Origin: Promethearchaeati archaeon
Lineage (GTDB): Archaea > Asgardarchaeota > Heimdallarchaeia > Heimdallarchaeales > Heimdallarchaeaceae
Reading direction: 5' to 3'
Assembly (NCBI GenBank): GCA_013166775.1
Contig: JABLTJ010000044.1
Span: 1-19,579 of the forward strand
Length of the DNA stretch: 19,579 bases
Numbering within the stretch: position 1 is the first letter of the stretch; the number at the start of each line of letters is the position of its first letter. Position numbers and translations under genes: made by a program. Shown in pieces: positions 15,732 to 19,579 of the stretch. A model generated the notes under the pieces. The model had not been told where the DNA came from and searched no databases. It saw only the letters and a list, made by a program, of their open reading frames with translations.

Positions 15732-16256
15732 CTAGAAAGCTTCATGGCAGTACTCCCTGATTGGGCAGGTTGGACATTTTACTTTTATCATATAGAAGAA
15801 GTTTCCTACCACTACAACTACAAAACCAATTAAAGCTATTAAAGGCAAATAGTTGAAACCTCTAACTAGTGCAATGATAATTATTACAATGGGTGCAGAC
15901 CATATTAAGAACATTGGCCATACCCAATTTTTTTGACCTACATGCTTATGTATCAGAGTTTTTCCCCATTTGTCTACGTCCATCAGCTTCTTTGTAGTCT
16001 TCCCTGTCTCTTCATCTGTTGAAGTTTTAATAACTTTGAAATAACAATGTTTACACATTGTAAGTGGCATTATCACGAAGTAAAACAAAAGAGAATATAC
16101 TAAATATGCGACTGCTGCCCACAAATTAAGATAATATATCCCCCAAGTGCCAAGAGCTATTAAGACAAAGATAATCAGTACAGGTATTAGTTTATAGAAG
16201 GGACACCTTGGGATAAATCCAAAAAAGAAGAATTTAGATTTCTGTTCTTCCACCAT
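15732..16256 (-). CDS. Four-TM membrane protein with CxxC motifs
   Basis: Two TM hairpins, each followed by a Cys motif (MCKHCYF; KCPTCPIREYCH), plus N-terminal RCPF. Confidence 0.8.
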   Translation of the reverse strand: MVEEQKSKFFFFGFIPRCPFYKLIPVLIIFVLIALGTWGIYYLNLWAAVAYLVYSLLFYFVIMPLTMCKHCYFKVIKTSTDEETGKTTKKLMDVDKWGKTLIHKHVGQKNWVWPMFLIWSAPIVIIIIALVRGFNYLPLIALIGFVVVVVGNFFYMIKVKCPTCPIREYCHEAF

Positions 16257-16365
16257 ATTAACACACTTGGGAAATTAGAGTGATTAACATATAAACATTT
16301 TCAGTGGTTCTATTAGAACAAGTATACGTTACTTATTACTCTCCTTAATCAAACTATCTAGATCA

Positions 16366-17652
16366 TTATTCACTGACTAGTTTATCTTCAGAAGTTTTTT
16401 TCTTTTTGAAGAATCTAGAAATACTTTTTTCCTTTTTTACTCGCATTCCAAAAATAAATCTCAATACATTAAACTCTCTAATTAGTAATAGAAGAGAGAT
16501 TATACCAACAAGAGAAATCAGGAAAATTAGCAAATACTCGCTTATAGCTAGAAATTCTAATTGCACTATGTAGAAACCAACAGCACTTACAACAACAAAA
16601 TGTATAATGTAAAATGGTAAAACAAGTTCATTTAGAGTCTTCACAGTCTTACTTTTCTTGTTTAGAAATTTATCACCTAGATTTAAAATTATTATCAAGC
16701 AACTCCAAGAGAAAATTATTCTAGCTAGAAGAAATAGAACTGAAATGTAATCAAAACTAGGATCTAGCCAAATCGTATCAAAGGCGTAAATGTTCATAAG
16801 TATGAGTGCTACTGCTGAAAGTATTCCAAAAATTATAGAAAGGTTGAAGTTTTTTTTCAGTGCTATTCTAAATTGTTTATCATATGCAAACAAATAACCA
16901 AAGAAAAGGAAGAATATATACGAGAAAAAATCCCATCCACCAAGTCTAGGTATATCAATAAGATAAAGACTATGGATGATTTCCATGATGTAAATTGGAA
17001 TAACTAGAAGGTATATTGTTGCAGGTTTTGTGAAGAAAGAAGCAATCTTTGAAAATCCTGAACGGAATTTTTCTTTTCTCAAATAAACAAAAAGAGGTAG
17101 CTTTACAGAAGTGAAAAGGAATAAGATAAATAAGAACCATAAATGATGTCCAAAAACTGAGAAAGCTCCTCCAAATCCATAAATTCCTCTAAAATAGGTA
17201 GGATAAAATGCAAAGAAAGACATTGAGATAAAACCTTTATTGGTCCATTCCAGAAAAACAAGAAGCGAGACATAAGTAAATATGCCAATCAAGAATGGTA
17301 CAATTAAGCGAATGAAACGAACAAGGACGTATTTTCTTAATTTGATTTCTTTCTTTTCCAAGTAGCCTAAAGCATAAAACATACTCATTCCTGCAATAAT
17401 AAAGAAAAGAGGAAGCCCTATTGCAGTTAAATACGATGTATTTGCTGATAACTTATAACTACTAAGTTGAATTGGTCCATTTACAAAATCAATTGGGTTA
17501 TTTTTTACATTAAACGGATCACTATCAAAAAACTTTGTGCAGTGATAAATGAAAACAATAAAGATTGTAATTACTCTTAACCAATCCAAATCGTAACGTC
17601 TTTCTAATTCTGTAAAGGTTTTACTTGAGGATTGTTCGACTGTATCGGTCAT
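16366..17652 (-). CDS. Acyltransferase-3 family (OpgC/MdoC-like) membrane protein, last of the array
   Basis: RRYDLDWLR, PLFFIIAG, RFIRLIVP, HLWFL, ELVLPFYIIH; about 10 TMs. Confidence 0.92.
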   Translation of the reverse strand: MTDTVEQSSSKTFTELERRYDLDWLRVITIFIVFIYHCTKFFDSDPFNVKNNPIDFVNGPIQLSSYKLSANTSYLTAIGLPLFFIIAGMSMFYALGYLEKKEIKLRKYVLVRFIRLIVPFLIGIFTYVSLLVFLEWTNKGFISMSFFAFYPTYFRGIYGFGGAFSVFGHHLWFLFILFLFTSVKLPLFVYLRKEKFRSGFSKIASFFTKPATIYLLVIPIYIMEIIHSLYLIDIPRLGGWDFFSYIFFLFFGYLFAYDKQFRIALKKNFNLSIIFGILSAVALILMNIYAFDTIWLDPSFDYISVLFLLARIIFSWSCLIIILNLGDKFLNKKSKTVKTLNELVLPFYIIHFVVVSAVGFYIVQLEFLAISEYLLIFLISLVGIISLLLLIREFNVLRFIFGMRVKKEKSISRFFKKKKTSEDKLVSE

Positions 17653-17656
17653 TTAG

Positions 17657-17677
17657 GGTATTTCCTGTAAATTCAGT
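17657..17677. repeat. 21-bp intergenic direct repeat, copy 1
   Basis: GGTATTTCCTGTAAATTCAGT, identical to 18924-18944. Confidence 0.9.
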
Positions 17678-17680
17678 TTT

Positions 17681-18919
17681 TTAATTTTCAATTATTGTGG
17701 TGGGAATTTCTTCCTTTACTTTCGTTCCTCTTATCAGATCTTTTTTCCATCTCATTCCAAAAAGGACTCGTATTGGATTTATGTACTTAATTATCATCAG
17801 TAATATAACAATTATTGCTAAGGATGTAAAGAAAATTATTACAAATTTGACAAATGCGGAGAATGCTAACGGTATAACAAAGTATCCAACCACTAGTAGA
17901 ACTGTTTGATGCAGTATGTAAAATGGTAAAACCAGTTCGTTAAGAAATTTTCTCACTCTATTGTTCTTATTGAAATACTTACTTCCTAATCCCAAAAATA
18001 AAATCACTAAACTCCAACCAAAAATAGGATATAGCAGAAAATAAACATTCTTCAGTGGATGATATCCAGCAGTTTCATAAAGATCATAATTCAGGAACAA
18101 TAATGGAGCTAGCACAGCTGCTGAAGCAATTGTTATTATTAAAGCAGGTATAATTTGTTTTTCAATTGCTTCCTTGAATTTCGCATCAGTCGCAATGATG
18201 TAACCAAAGAAGTAGAAAAGGATGTAGGAGTACATTGGATATCCACCTACTCTGGGAATGACATCTCCAATTGCAAGATTCAGATATTCAAACAGAATGA
18301 CAGGAATGACTAAAGTAAAAATAACTCCTGGTTTTCTTAAGAAAGAAGTAGTTTTTTGTAGACCTTTCTGTGCTTTCTCTTTTCTTAGTAGAACAAATGG
18401 AACGATTAGTATTAATGAACAGACAAATAGAATAACCAAAAACCACAAATGGGTACCAAATATTGCGAAGTAACCTGTTCCAAGTTCATAAATACCATTG
18501 AACATCAAACCATCATAGAATTGAGTGAAACTAGTGGAAATTGATCCAGAAAGACTAGAAGCTAGATAAATTTGTAATGGAATATGAGTAAAAATACCTA
18601 GAATGAAAGGTAGAAGCAATCTCAAAGCTCTCATTGCAGTATATTTTCCAGCAGAAACGAAATTCAGAGCATAAAAAGTCGACATACCTGCAATTACAAA
18701 AAACAATGGTAAAGCGAATGCAGTTCCAAAATTCATAATTCCTGATAAATAGCGACTTGTTTCAGCATTCTTCATCAACCAACTAGGGGTACTAAAAAAT
18801 AATGTTGAATGATAGAAAAATACGAGTAGGATGGAAACAATTCTTAACCAATCTAAATCGTACCTTCTTTCCAATTTGGTGAAGGTTTTACTACTTGTTA
18901 CTTCAGATTTAGAGGTCAT
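17681..18919 (-). CDS. Acyltransferase-3 family (OpgC/MdoC-like) membrane protein, middle copy
   Basis: RRYDLDWLR, PLFFVIAG, RALRLLLP, HLWFL, ELVLPFYILHQ. Confidence 0.92.
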   Translation of the reverse strand: MTSKSEVTSSKTFTKLERRYDLDWLRIVSILLVFFYHSTLFFSTPSWLMKNAETSRYLSGIMNFGTAFALPLFFVIAGMSTFYALNFVSAGKYTAMRALRLLLPFILGIFTHIPLQIYLASSLSGSISTSFTQFYDGLMFNGIYELGTGYFAIFGTHLWFLVILFVCSLILIVPFVLLRKEKAQKGLQKTTSFLRKPGVIFTLVIPVILFEYLNLAIGDVIPRVGGYPMYSYILFYFFGYIIATDAKFKEAIEKQIIPALIITIASAAVLAPLLFLNYDLYETAGYHPLKNVYFLLYPIFGWSLVILFLGLGSKYFNKNNRVRKFLNELVLPFYILHQTVLLVVGYFVIPLAFSAFVKFVIIFFTSLAIIVILLMIIKYINPIRVLFGMRWKKDLIRGTKVKEEIPTTIIEN

Positions 18920-18923
18920 AGCA

Positions 18924-18944
18924 GGTATTTCCTGTAAATTCAGT
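18924..18944. repeat. 21-bp intergenic direct repeat, copy 2
   Basis: Identical to 17657-17677; contains AGGA (SD-like) on the minus strand. Confidence 0.9.
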
Positions 18945-18953
18945 ATTTAATTA

Positions 18954-19579
18954 TCAATTATTTGTAATAGGAATTTCTTCTTTTTCTTTCGTTCGTTTTA
19001 ACAATCCTTTTTTCCACCTCATACCAAAAATAAATCGTAAAGGATTGATGTATTTTATAATCAATAACAAAATAACACATGCAGTAAATGATGTTATAAT
19101 AAGTATGATATATTTAGCAAAAAAGTGCATGTTCAGTTGAACAATAAAGAAGGCAATTACAACAATTATAGTTTGATGCATAACATAGAACGGCAGTACA
19201 AGCTCATTGAGGAATTTTCTTGCTTTGTTATTACGGTCTAAGAATTTACTACCAAGAGCGAGAAGAGCTACTAATACACTCCAACTATAAATCGTTCCAA
19301 ATATCCAGAAGAGTACTTGAGAAACAGTTTCAGTAACATTAAACGAGTCGCTTAAGAATAATGGAACAGCGCATAATACTAGAACTACTAGTGCGGGTAT
19401 AGCATGCTTTTCTATCGTTTTTTTGAATTTAAAATTTGTAGCAAAAATATAACCATAAACAAAGAATAAGAGATGTGAAAAAACATTCCAACCACCTAAA
19501 TTATAGACATATGATCCAGTCAAATAATTAGTTATTTCAATTAATATAATTGGAATTGGGAAAAGAAATATCACTCCTG
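18954..19579 (-). CDS. Acyltransferase-3 family protein, C-terminal half (5' end outside the window)
   Basis: ELVLPFYVMHQT, INPLRFIFGMR. The GTG at 19574 is internal: GVIFLF aligns to PGVIFTL of the neighbouring copy. Confidence 0.9.
   Translation of the reverse strand, partial: GVIFLFPIPIILIEITNYLTGSYVYNLGGWNVFSHLLFFVYGYIFATNFKFKKTIEKHAIPALVVLVLCAVPLFLSDSFNVTETVSQVLFWIFGTIYSWSVLVALLALGSKFLDRNNKARKFLNELVLPFYVMHQTIIVVIAFFIVQLNMHFFAKYIILIITSFTACVILLLIIKYINPLRFIFGMRWKKGLLKRTKEKEEIPITNN

Noticed and set aside
17103-18473. ORFs 17103-17288, 17697-17909 and 18258-18473
   Set aside because: Nested or antisense within the acyltransferase genes
1-19579. CRISPR array, tRNA/rRNA, transposase or IS ends
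   Set aside because: No regularly spaced repeat-spacer units, GC-rich structured RNA segments or recombinase motifs seen by eye; a covariance-model scan was not run

Overview
AT-rich prokaryotic chromosomal window. BRE/TATA-like boxes lie about 25-35 bp upstream of several genes, oligo-T tracts follow several stops, and the secreted proteins are rich in N-X-S/T sequons. These suggest an archaeon, possibly Asgard/Heimdallarchaeia-like (inference only). Left part: a truncated family-5 ABC solute-binding protein whose modules are in non-canonical order (missing from the ORF track), a PH-like protein, a secreted membrane-anchored caspase-fold protein lacking both catalytic residues, a frameshifted gene remnant, TetR, a small Cys-rich protein, a cold-shock protein, an ABC-2 exporter and an unlisted 59-aa 2-TM protein. 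Centre: a co-oriented run of five divergent zinc-independent MDR (quinone-oxidoreductase-like) paralogues, two DUF6326-like membrane proteins, a rhodanese-TusA fusion, an alpha/beta hydrolase and a SAM methyltransferase. In the first MDR+DUF6326-like pair, the MDR has ATC in place of its start ATG and the DUF6326-like gene has an in-frame TAG in place of Trp. Right part: a Cys-motif membrane protein and at least three tandem acyltransferase-3 (OpgC-like) genes with an identical 21-bp intergenic block. No rRNA, tRNA, CRISPR array or transposase was seen. All family calls come from motif recognition by eye, not database searches.
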